DNA from: Acetofilamentum sp.
GTDB lineage: Bacteria > Bacteroidota > Bacteroidia > Bacteroidales > JAADGE01
Assembly (NCBI GenBank): GCA_020720705.1
Contig: DYOJ01000003.1
Coordinates: 1 to 36,553 of the forward strand
Direction: 5' to 3'
Length of the DNA: 36,553 bases
Part shown: positions 29,649 through 36,553 of the stretch, piece after piece
Layout of the letters: each line of letters starts with the position of its first letter
Numbering within the stretch: position 1 is the first letter of the stretch
The notes under the pieces: model-generated
Seen by the model: the letters and a program-made list of their open reading frames with translations, nothing else
Databases searched by the model: none
Told to the model about the DNA's origin: nothing
Position numbers and translations under genes: made by a program

Positions 29649-30793
29649 TTTTTTACGATTCTGTGAAAGATATTATTTAATGCTGTTTCAAATGTATGAA
29701 TATCAGTTTCATTTGTATATGCCTGAACAGAAACTCGTATCAAGTTGCGATATCCGATTGTTGTTACGGGTATCTCAATATTATATTTTTCCAAAAGAGT
29801 TTGCTTGAGCATTTGAGGATTTACCGATTCGGGAAGATATTGTGCGTACATCATCGGCATAAATAGTTGGTCTGCAATAGGCGGTGTATTAAATAGATTG
29901 CCAAAAAGTGTGCGAACCTTATATAAAAGGTGTCTGTTCGCATTTAGTTTCTGAGACCAATTGTTTGTTCGATAAAAATCTACGGCATCTCCTATTGATA
30001 ATAACGCGGCTATATCTCTGGTGCCTTGATATTCAATTTCAGACGACAGCAAAGTTGTTCCTGTCATGTTTTGGGTTTTGCCCCAACTGATTACAAGCGG
30101 TTCCGTTGCCTGAATACGATCATCTGATACATACATAAATGCAGAGCCTTTTGCAGAAAGTAACCATTTGTGGCAATTTCCGGTGTAGTAGTCGCAATTT
30201 AAATCGTCCAAATTGAGCGGAATTTGTCCCGGAGCATGTGCTCCGTCAATAATTGTGAGGATTCCGGCTGCACGTGCTCGCTTGCAAATTTCAGCAATAG
30301 GTAAAACGATTGCCGAAGGAGAGGTGATATGACTGAGAAAAATCACCTTGGTCTCTTTTCGCACATCAGCCCAAAAACGTTCAATAAATTGATTTTCAGA
30401 TTCTAAATAATAATCAATTAAATGTTCGCGATAAGTAAATCCTTGTTTTTCCGACAAAATATTCCACATGCGTGTAAGTGCGCCGTATTCGTGAGAGCAG
30501 GATAAGACTTCATCATTATTGGTCAAATGCAATGATCTTGCAATTGTGTTTACAGCAGTTGTTGCATTACTTATCAATGCAAGGTTTGTGTGATTTGTTC
30601 CCAGAAAATCGGCTAATTTTCTTCTTGAAATGTCCATTAAGCCAGAAGCTTCATTGACAAAGAATCGGACAGGTTGCCTCTCAAGTTGTAATTGATATTG
30701 TTGATAGGCTTCAAAAACTTGTTTCGGTGTGGCACCAAATGAGCCATGATTCAGGAACACGACATCGGGTTCCAATAAAAAAAGTTCTTTCAT
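29645..30793 (-). CDS. Class V (PLP-dependent) aminotransferase, isopenicillin-N-epimerase / cysteine-desulfurase-like
   Basis: 382 aa. FLNHGSFGATP N-terminus, DGAHAPG, and a PLP-lysine context GNCHKWL typical of the class V fold. Confidence 0.75.
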   Translation of the reverse strand: MKELFLLEPDVVFLNHGSFGATPKQVFEAYQQYQLQLERQPVRFFVNEASGLMDISRRKLADFLGTNHTNLALISNATTAVNTIARSLHLTNNDEVLSCSHEYGALTRMWNILSEKQGFTYREHLIDYYLESENQFIERFWADVRKETKVIFLSHITSPSAIVLPIAEICKRARAAGILTIIDGAHAPGQIPLNLDDLNCDYYTGNCHKWLLSAKGSAFMYVSDDRIQATEPLVISWGKTQNMTGTTLLSSEIEYQGTRDIAALLSIGDAVDFYRTNNWSQKLNANRHLLYKVRTLFGNLFNTPPIADQLFMPMMYAQYLPESVNPQMLKQTLLEKYNIEIPVTTIGYRNLIRVSVQAYTNETDIHTFETALNNIFHRIVKK

Positions 30794-30804
30794 TTCCTTC
30801 CGTA

Positions 30805-31698
30805 TTAGTTCAAAATTTTCAGTAGTCGTTTTATTCTGAGAATTTTATCCGTGTTACCGAGTTTTTCGTAAGACTCAACTAATCTATTTAATAAACGTCT
30901 GATAATTAAACGATTATCACATGGCGAATAATGCGATTGTTGAGGTTTGAGTTTGTGAAGTTTTAAGAATGAATTAATATCTGCAATGGTTACAATTGCA
31001 CCGCGATTAAACGGGTTGATATAAAAAACAACATCCTTCTCTGTATATTCTTTAGTTGAGCCTCGAGAATCTACAAATGCTAAAAGTAAATTTCGCGGGA
31101 AATCTACAAATTTTACGGGTAAATTTAATTTTTGTGCAATAGCGGCGTATAAAACAGCCATGGAAATATCGTTTCCTTTTTTATCGGTAAAGACATTTAA
31201 TAAAAAAGCGTGGTGTGGTCCGGTTATGTCGCGTACGTCGCCGCGATACATTTCTGTTCGATAGAGTAAATCGTTAAAAATTCGGATTTGTTGCAGCCCG
31301 CTCAAATAGACATTCAACCGATTTCTGATTCGGTTGGCAATTGCGGAGATTTCATTGTCAATTGTTTGCAGGCTGATTTTCGGAAATTGTAACCTGTTGA
31401 CCAACCACGCGCCATAAATAATATCTTTGTCTTTGGAAGCTAACCATGTTTTCAAATCCGAGCGAATGCTTCGGGTATAAATTTCTTCGATTGTCTTTTC
31501 GATACGTTCACGATGAAAAGTCTCAATATCAGCATGTTGATATTGCTCCAAAATAGGTATCGCATCTTCGCCGTATGCAAGTATCCCGGACAAAACATTT
31601 CGGTAAATGACTTCGTCTGGGTCGTCGAGTAAGCGCACCATTGATGTCAATTTCTTGTCATCCATATATTTAGACAATTCGTGATAAAACAGTTTCAA
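30805..31698 (-). CDS. Transglutaminase-like (SirB1/YchA-type) family protein
   Basis: 297 aa. The central segment ...FLLNVFTDKKGNDISMAVLYAAIAQKLNLPVKFVDFPRNLLLAF... resembles the SirB1 N-terminal transglutaminase-like region. The start may be the ATG at 31665, which would remove a 29-nt overlap. Confidence 0.5.
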   Translation of the reverse strand: MKLFYHELSKYMDDKKLTSMVRLLDDPDEVIYRNVLSGILAYGEDAIPILEQYQHADIETFHRERIEKTIEEIYTRSIRSDLKTWLASKDKDIIYGAWLVNRLQFPKISLQTIDNEISAIANRIRNRLNVYLSGLQQIRIFNDLLYRTEMYRGDVRDITGPHHAFLLNVFTDKKGNDISMAVLYAAIAQKLNLPVKFVDFPRNLLLAFVDSRGSTKEYTEKDVVFYINPFNRGAIVTIADINSFLKLHKLKPQQSHYSPCDNRLIIRRLLNRLVESYEKLGNTDKILRIKRLLKILN

Positions 31699-32539
31699 CG
31701 AGTTTTTTTACGCCGATTTTATAATTCGAGCTATATTCTTTGCGCATTCTATTAGCAATTATGTTACAAATAGTCAGAGCATTATGCCCCAAAAGTGCAG
31801 AGAGTCCGGATATTGCGGAGCTTTCCATCTCAAAATTTGTGATTTTTCTGCCTTGATATTCAAATGCCGATATTTTTTCGTTCAATTGTTTGTCAATTGT
31901 TTGCAGACGCAAGATTCGTCCTTGCGGTCCGTAAAATCCGGGGGCTGATATGGTGATGCCTTTTCGCATATCAAACGCAATTTTTTCGAGCAACAACTTT
32001 GAAGCATCTGCAAAATACGGACTCGGCAATAAGTTGCTCCAATTTGTGTGTTGTTTAAAATGTGCTTCGATATCGGCATTGCCGAGTTCTGTTCTGCCTG
32101 CATAAAAATTGAGCAAGCCGTCGAATCCGATAGACGTTTCTGTCGCAACCGGTGTATCAACGGGAATATCCTGTTGTAATGCGCCTGATGTTCCGATACG
32201 AATAAGGTTCAATGTTTTATGTGTATTTTTTACGATACGCTCCTTCAAATCAATATTGACAAGTGCATCTAATTCATTGACAACAATATCAATATTATCG
32301 GTGCCGATACCGGTAGAAAGCACCGTTATTCGTTTTCCGCCGAGAATACCTGTGTGTGTCAGAAATTCTCGATTTTGCTTTCTTACTTCGATGGTGTCAA
32401 AAAAGTCCGAGACCATTTCGACACGCCCTTGATCTCCTACAAGTATTACGGTATCCGCAATTTCTTCAGGGTGTAAATGTAAATGAAAGATACTGCCGTC
32501 AGGGTTGAGTATCAATTCAGAATCGCCTATTCTATTCAT
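31670..32539 (-). CDS. Nucleoside phosphorylase (PNP/UDP family, uridine-phosphorylase-like)
   Basis: 289 aa. VILVGDQGRV, STGIGTDNIDIVVNEL, IRIGTSGAL and FEMES motifs fit phosphorylase family 1. Confidence 0.75.
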   Translation of the reverse strand: MNRIGDSELILNPDGSIFHLHLHPEEIADTVILVGDQGRVEMVSDFFDTIEVRKQNREFLTHTGILGGKRITVLSTGIGTDNIDIVVNELDALVNIDLKERIVKNTHKTLNLIRIGTSGALQQDIPVDTPVATETSIGFDGLLNFYAGRTELGNADIEAHFKQHTNWSNLLPSPYFADASKLLLEKIAFDMRKGITISAPGFYGPQGRILRLQTIDKQLNEKISAFEYQGRKITNFEMESSAISGLSALLGHNALTICNIIANRMRKEYSSNYKIGVKKLVETVLSRIV

Positions 32540-32562
32540 ATTTAATGTCTTGAAATTCTAAC

Positions 32563-32590
32563 ATAAAAAAAACAGAACCAAAGTTCTGTT
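32563..32590 (-). terminator. Intrinsic terminator between tsaB and the phosphorylase gene
   Basis: On the minus strand AACAGAAC-tttg-GTTCTGTT forms an 8-bp stem with a 4-nt loop and runs into T8. It lies about 25 nt upstream of the phosphorylase ATG. Confidence 0.75.
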
Positions 32591-32615
32591 CGTTGATTAA
32601 AAACAGAACTTTCGT

Positions 32616-33311
32616 TTATCCGTAGATGTGTTTTGTGGGCATCAAAGCTATAAAATCTTTTAAATAAAATGGTTCAAAGTACGCTAAATTCTCAAATTCT
32701 TTCAATAAAAATTTATCGTGTGCAATTTGTGCCATATAGCGTGCCGAAGGTAATAATTTTGTATCAAAGTATGCGTTCGGATGTCGTATAACAGTTTTTG
32801 CTTTTAAAGCTCCGTCTCCAAAAAACAAAACTTTTCCTGTGTTCAAATACTCTAAATAACAGTCGTCTGTAAGTATATCAGCTTGAATTCCTCTTACATG
32901 CGTTCCTTGCGCGTTGTAAACTTGGGAATAAACCTCCATTCTGCGGGCATCAATCATCGGGATAAAAAAATCATACTCCTCATATTGTTTTTCATTAACC
33001 ACTCCGCCTGTCATCCCAAACAAAGTTGGTATGGAAATAATTGGTTTATCGCCTGCATAAGCCAGCCCTTTTGCCGTTGATACTCCTATTCGTAAGCCCG
33101 TGTATGATCCGGGACCTGAACTGACGGCAAAAGCGTCTATGCTTGATATCGTATGCTTGGTTTGCGTAAACAAATCCTGTATAAACAAAGTGAGTTTACT
33201 CGAATGGGCGTTCGGCTCGGTGGTTTCTTGACACGCCAACACAAGCCCGTCTGCAACAAGAGCTACAGAACAAACTTGTGTTGATGTTTCAATACAAAGG
33301 ACTAACGACAT
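32616..33311 (-). CDS. tsaB: tRNA t6A37 threonylcarbamoyl transfer protein TsaB
   Basis: 231 aa. The MSLVLCIETSTQVCSVAL... N-terminus and SGPGSYTGLRIG motif are typical of TsaB/YeaZ. Confidence 0.88.
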   Translation of the reverse strand: MSLVLCIETSTQVCSVALVADGLVLACQETTEPNAHSSKLTLFIQDLFTQTKHTISSIDAFAVSSGPGSYTGLRIGVSTAKGLAYAGDKPIISIPTLFGMTGGVVNEKQYEEYDFFIPMIDARRMEVYSQVYNAQGTHVRGIQADILTDDCYLEYLNTGKVLFFGDGALKAKTVIRHPNAYFDTKLLPSARYMAQIAHDKFLLKEFENLAYFEPFYLKDFIALMPTKHIYG

Positions 33312-33316
33312 AATTA

Positions 33317-35122
33317 TTAAGACTTTGTATAGCGTTTGCGCTCGTGCTCCTTCAAATATATTTTACGTAGTCTGAGTGATTTTGGGGTTACTTCAAGATA
33401 CTCATCCCACTTGATATTTTCCATAAACTCTTCAAGCGAATATTTTATTGCCGGAATAATCATGGCTTTATCATCAGAACCTGATGCTCGAATATTGGTC
33501 AGTTTTTTTGTCTTAATAACATTTATTCCCAAATCATCTTGGCGGATATGAATACCTAATACTTGCCCTTCGTACACCTCTTCGCCCGGGTCTATGAAGA
33601 ATCGTCCTCTGTCTTGTAATTTATCTATGGAATATGCAATGGAAGTTCCGGTTTCTATGGCAATCAGCGCTCCGGCTTTGGTAGTGTCCATATCGCCTTT
33701 CCACGGCTTAAAGGCATCAAACCTATGGGCTATGATTGCCTCTCCTTCCGTTGCCGTCAGCATTTGATTTCGGATTCCGATTAAACCACGTGCCGGTATC
33801 GAAAATTCTAATACTGTTCGGTCTGTTTTTTGTCCCACTTTAAGCAAGTCTCCCTTACGGCGTGTAACTATATCAATTACTTTACCTGAAAAATCTTCGG
33901 GCACCAAAACTGTCAGCAACTCAAATGGTTCGTGCTTTGTTCCGTCAATTTCCTTAATAATCACTTGAGGCTGTCCAAGCTGAAATTCATATCCCTCGCG
34001 CCGCATGGTTTCAACCAAGATTGATAAATGAAGAATACCGCGTCCGTACACCAACAACCTATCCGGGGAGTCTGTTTCTTCAATACGTAAAGCGAGATTT
34101 TTTTCAATTTCCGCAAACAATCGGTCTCGTAAGTGCCGAGATGTTACAAATTTTCCTTCACGTCCAAAAAACGGAGAATCGTTGATTGTGAATAACATAC
34201 TTACCGTTGGTTCGTCAATTTTCAACCGTTTTAACGGTTCCGGATTATCAACGTCTGAAATAGTATCCCCGATTTCAAAGTCTTCAATGCCAAGCACCGC
34301 ACAAATTTCGCCGGCGAGCAACGGGTCTTTAACTTTTTCTTTACCAAGTCCTTCAAAACGGTAAAGCTCTTTTACGACAGATTTTTTTACAACACTATCC
34401 GATTTCAATAAAGCAACCTGCTGTCCGGGTTTTATACTGCCTCGTGATATTCGCCCAACGGCAATCCGACCAAGATACGTTGAATAATCTAAGGAGCTTA
34501 TCTGAAGTTGTAACGGACCTTCGGCAACTTTTGGTGCCGGTATGTGTTCCAGAATTTGGTCAAGCAGATAGCTGACATCTGTCGTTTGGTTGTTCCAATG
34601 TTCTGACATCCAACCGTTTTTAGCCGAACCGTAAACTGTCGGAAAATTAAGCTGGTCTTCTGTTGCATCAAGACTGAACATAAGGTCGAAAACGTCTTCA
34701 TGCACCTCTTCGGGTGTACAGTTCGGTTTATCAACTTTATTTATGACAACTATCGGCTTAAGTTTTAACTCCAAAGCTTTTTGAAGAACAAATCGTGTTT
34801 GCGGCATCGGACCTTCAAAAGCATCCACAAGCAGCAACACGCCGTCTGCCATATTAAGAACACGCTCAACTTCACCTCCAAAATCCGAGTGACCGGGTGT
34901 GTCAATAATGTTAATTTTTACATCTTTATATCTGACAGAGATATTTTTTGACAAAATTGTAATGCCTCTTTCGCGCTCTAAGTCATTGGAATCGAGAATC
35001 AAATCCCCCATTTCCTGATTTTCGCGAAAAAGTTTCACTTGGTGAATAATTCTGTCCACGAGTGTTGTTTTGCCGTGGTCAACGTGTGCTATTATAGCAA
35101 TGTTACGGATATTTTCTTGCAT
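33317..35122 (-). CDS. typA: Translational GTPase TypA/BipA
   Basis: 601 aa. [37 protein letters not shown], and a BipA-type C-terminal domain. Confidence 0.95.
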   Translation of the reverse strand: MQENIRNIAIIAHVDHGKTTLVDRIIHQVKLFRENQEMGDLILDSNDLERERGITILSKNISVRYKDVKINIIDTPGHSDFGGEVERVLNMADGVLLLVDAFEGPMPQTRFVLQKALELKLKPIVVINKVDKPNCTPEEVHEDVFDLMFSLDATEDQLNFPTVYGSAKNGWMSEHWNNQTTDVSYLLDQILEHIPAPKVAEGPLQLQISSLDYSTYLGRIAVGRISRGSIKPGQQVALLKSDSVVKKSVVKELYRFEGLGKEKVKDPLLAGEICAVLGIEDFEIGDTISDVDNPEPLKRLKIDEPTVSMLFTINDSPFFGREGKFVTSRHLRDRLFAEIEKNLALRIEETDSPDRLLVYGRGILHLSILVETMRREGYEFQLGQPQVIIKEIDGTKHEPFELLTVLVPEDFSGKVIDIVTRRKGDLLKVGQKTDRTVLEFSIPARGLIGIRNQMLTATEGEAIIAHRFDAFKPWKGDMDTTKAGALIAIETGTSIAYSIDKLQDRGRFFIDPGEEVYEGQVLGIHIRQDDLGINVIKTKKLTNIRASGSDDKAMIIPAIKYSLEEFMENIKWDEYLEVTPKSLRLRKIYLKEHERKRYTKS

Positions 35123-35141
35123 GTATTGTATTTTGAAGTTG

Positions 35142-35171
35142 CAAAAGTAGTTATTTTTTTGGAATTACAAA
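35142..35171 (-). promoter_or_regulatory. Candidate typA promoter
   Basis: On the minus strand TACTTTTG (plus 35142-35149) matches TAnnTTTG and lies 20 nt from the ATG. TTTG (plus 35168-35171) lies 18 nt upstream. Confidence 0.6.
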
Positions 35172-35262
35172 TCCATTTCTAAAATCATAAAATCAATACT
35201 GTAAATATTCAGCAACAATACAAATCGGTTGTAAAGCATATTTTTTATTATCACGAAACGAA

Positions 35263-35270
35263 TATCTTTG
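35263..35270 (+). promoter_or_regulatory. Candidate -7 box for the thiolase gene
   Basis: TATCTTTG matches TAnnTTTG 26 nt upstream of the ATG at 35296. No clear -33 TTTG is present at the expected spacing. Confidence 0.45.
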
Positions 35271-35295
35271 TAGAAATTATAAAAAATAATCAGTT

Positions 35296-36471
35296 ATGAG
35301 AGAAGTTGTCATCGTTTCAGCCGTTCGCACCCCTATCGGAAGTTTCGGCGGTTCTTTATCAGGAGTTTCTGCCACCAAACTCGGCGCAACAGCTATCAAA
35401 GGTGCATTGGAAAAAATAAATATTGACGCCAAAATTGTGGACGAAGTGTTTATGGGTAATGTGATTTCGGCAAATCTGGGACAGGCTCCCGCTCGACAAG
35501 CCGCTTTGTTTGCAGGTTTACCCAACACAGTTCCTTGTACTACCATAAATAAGGTATGCTCATCAGGCTTAAAAGCAGTTATGCTTGCTGCTCAAACAAT
35601 TATGCTCGGCGATAATGATGTCGTAGTTGCCGGCGGTATGGAAAACATGTCTCAAATTCCGCACTATGTTGATGCAATGCGCTCCGGCACAAAACTCGGA
35701 CACAGCACGATTACTGACGGACTTATAAAAGACGGACTTTGGGATGTTTACAACAATTATCACATGGGAAATGCAGCTGAACTTTGTGCCCGCGAGATGA
35801 ATTTCACAAGAGAAGAACAAGACAGATATGCCGTTCAATCATACAAACGTTCTGCCGAGGCATGGGAACACGGAAAATTTATTGAAGAAATTATTCCTGT
35901 TGAAATTCCGTCAAAGAAAGGCACAATACTGTTTGATACAGATGAAGAATTTAAAAATGTAATGTTCGATAAAATACCGACATTACGCCCTGTTTTTCAA
36001 AAAGACGGCACAGTTACCGCTGCAAACGCTTCTACAATAAACGATGGAGCTGCCGCACTGATACTTATGAGCAAAGAAAAAGCTGACGAACTCGGGCTTA
36101 AACCTTTGGCAAAAATTGTATCTTTTGCTGATGCTGCCCACGCTCCGGAATGGTTCACAACTGCCCCCGCAAAAGCTATTCGAAAAGCCCTCGACAAAGT
36201 TTCACTAAGCATCAATGATGTTGATTTTTTTGAAATAAATGAAGCCTTTTCGGCAGTAGCACTCGCAGCCGTAAAAGAACTCGAACTCAACGAAGCTCGT
36301 GTAAATATTAACGGCGGCGGAGTTTCACTCGGACACCCTCTTGGTGCTTCGGGTGCCAGAATTTTGGTAACACTTATTCATATTTTACATCAAAATAATG
36401 CTAAATTCGGTATTGCCGGGTTATGCAACGGCGGAGGCGGAGCTTCAGCTATACTTATTGAGGCAATGTAG
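35296..36471 (+). CDS. Acetyl-CoA C-acetyltransferase (thiolase II)
   Basis: 391 aa. MREVVIVSAVRTPIGSFGG, the active-site Cys context NKVCSSGLKA, GHPLGASG, and CNGGGGASA at the C-terminus. Confidence 0.95.
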   Translation: MREVVIVSAVRTPIGSFGGSLSGVSATKLGATAIKGALEKINIDAKIVDEVFMGNVISANLGQAPARQAALFAGLPNTVPCTTINKVCSSGLKAVMLAAQTIMLGDNDVVVAGGMENMSQIPHYVDAMRSGTKLGHSTITDGLIKDGLWDVYNNYHMGNAAELCAREMNFTREEQDRYAVQSYKRSAEAWEHGKFIEEIIPVEIPSKKGTILFDTDEEFKNVMFDKIPTLRPVFQKDGTVTAANASTINDGAAALILMSKEKADELGLKPLAKIVSFADAAHAPEWFTTAPAKAIRKALDKVSLSINDVDFFEINEAFSAVALAAVKELELNEARVNINGGGVSLGHPLGASGARILVTLIHILHQNNAKFGIAGLCNGGGGASAILIEAM

Positions 36472-36509
36472 CAGAACTTAAGTTTTCAAGAAAGTATCCT
36501 CCAAAAAAT

Positions 36510-36550
36510 AAAAACTCCTGTCGAACAAGTTATTTTTGACAGGAGTTTTT
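36510..36550 (+). terminator. Intrinsic (potentially bidirectional) terminator after the thiolase gene
   Basis: AAAAACTCCTGTC (36510-36522) and GACAGGAGTTTTT (36538-36550) are a perfect 13-bp inverted repeat with a 15-nt loop, A-run before and T-run after. Confidence 0.8.
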
Positions 36551-36553
36551 ATT

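Noticed and set aside
1-36553. Search for tRNA, rRNA, CRISPR arrays, transposases, integrases, toxin-antitoxin pairs and prophage genes.
   Set aside because: No GC-rich cloverleaf-like segments, no regularly spaced direct repeats of 24-40 bp, and no ORFs with recombinase or toxin motifs were seen. The intergenic regions are short or AT-rich low-complexity sequence.

Overview
The window looks like a chromosomal segment from a Bacteroidota-type bacterium. That placement is inferred from the r-protein sequences, the TTTG/TAnnTTTG promoter boxes, and a str-S10-spc-alpha cluster lacking tuf, adk and map. Almost every gene is on the minus strand. The core (12.3-29.2 kb) is a complete, intact ribosomal super-operon: rpsL-rpsG-fusA-rpsJ-rplCDWB-rpsS-rplV-rpsC-rplP-rpmC-rpsQ-rplNXE-rpsNH-rplFR-rpsE-rpmD-rplO-secY-infA-rpmJ-rpsMKD-rpoA-rplQ. 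rpmJ is absent from the ORF track and was found by hand. The right flank is housekeeping: typA, tsaB, a nucleoside phosphorylase / SirB1-like / class V aminotransferase / small membrane protein string, and a divergent thiolase. The left flank (0.1-12.3 kb) is the accessory-looking part. It holds three uncharacterised membrane proteins (one SpoIIM-like, one RDD), aroQ, an AT-rich single-polypeptide Type IIG restriction-modification gene with an internal 7-nt tandem repeat, and a tightly coupled operon of lipoprotein, small secreted protein and a 1029-aa ABCG-type ATPase-permease with extra domains. I saw no tRNA, rRNA, CRISPR array, transposase or integrase. The most novel-looking items are the lipoprotein/secreted-protein/ABC operon, the operator-like and nested inverted repeats around the membrane-protein genes, 11-bp phased repeat arrays, and a terminator/antiterminator-like triple repeat before the phosphorylase gene. 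None of these can be proven novel from sequence alone.
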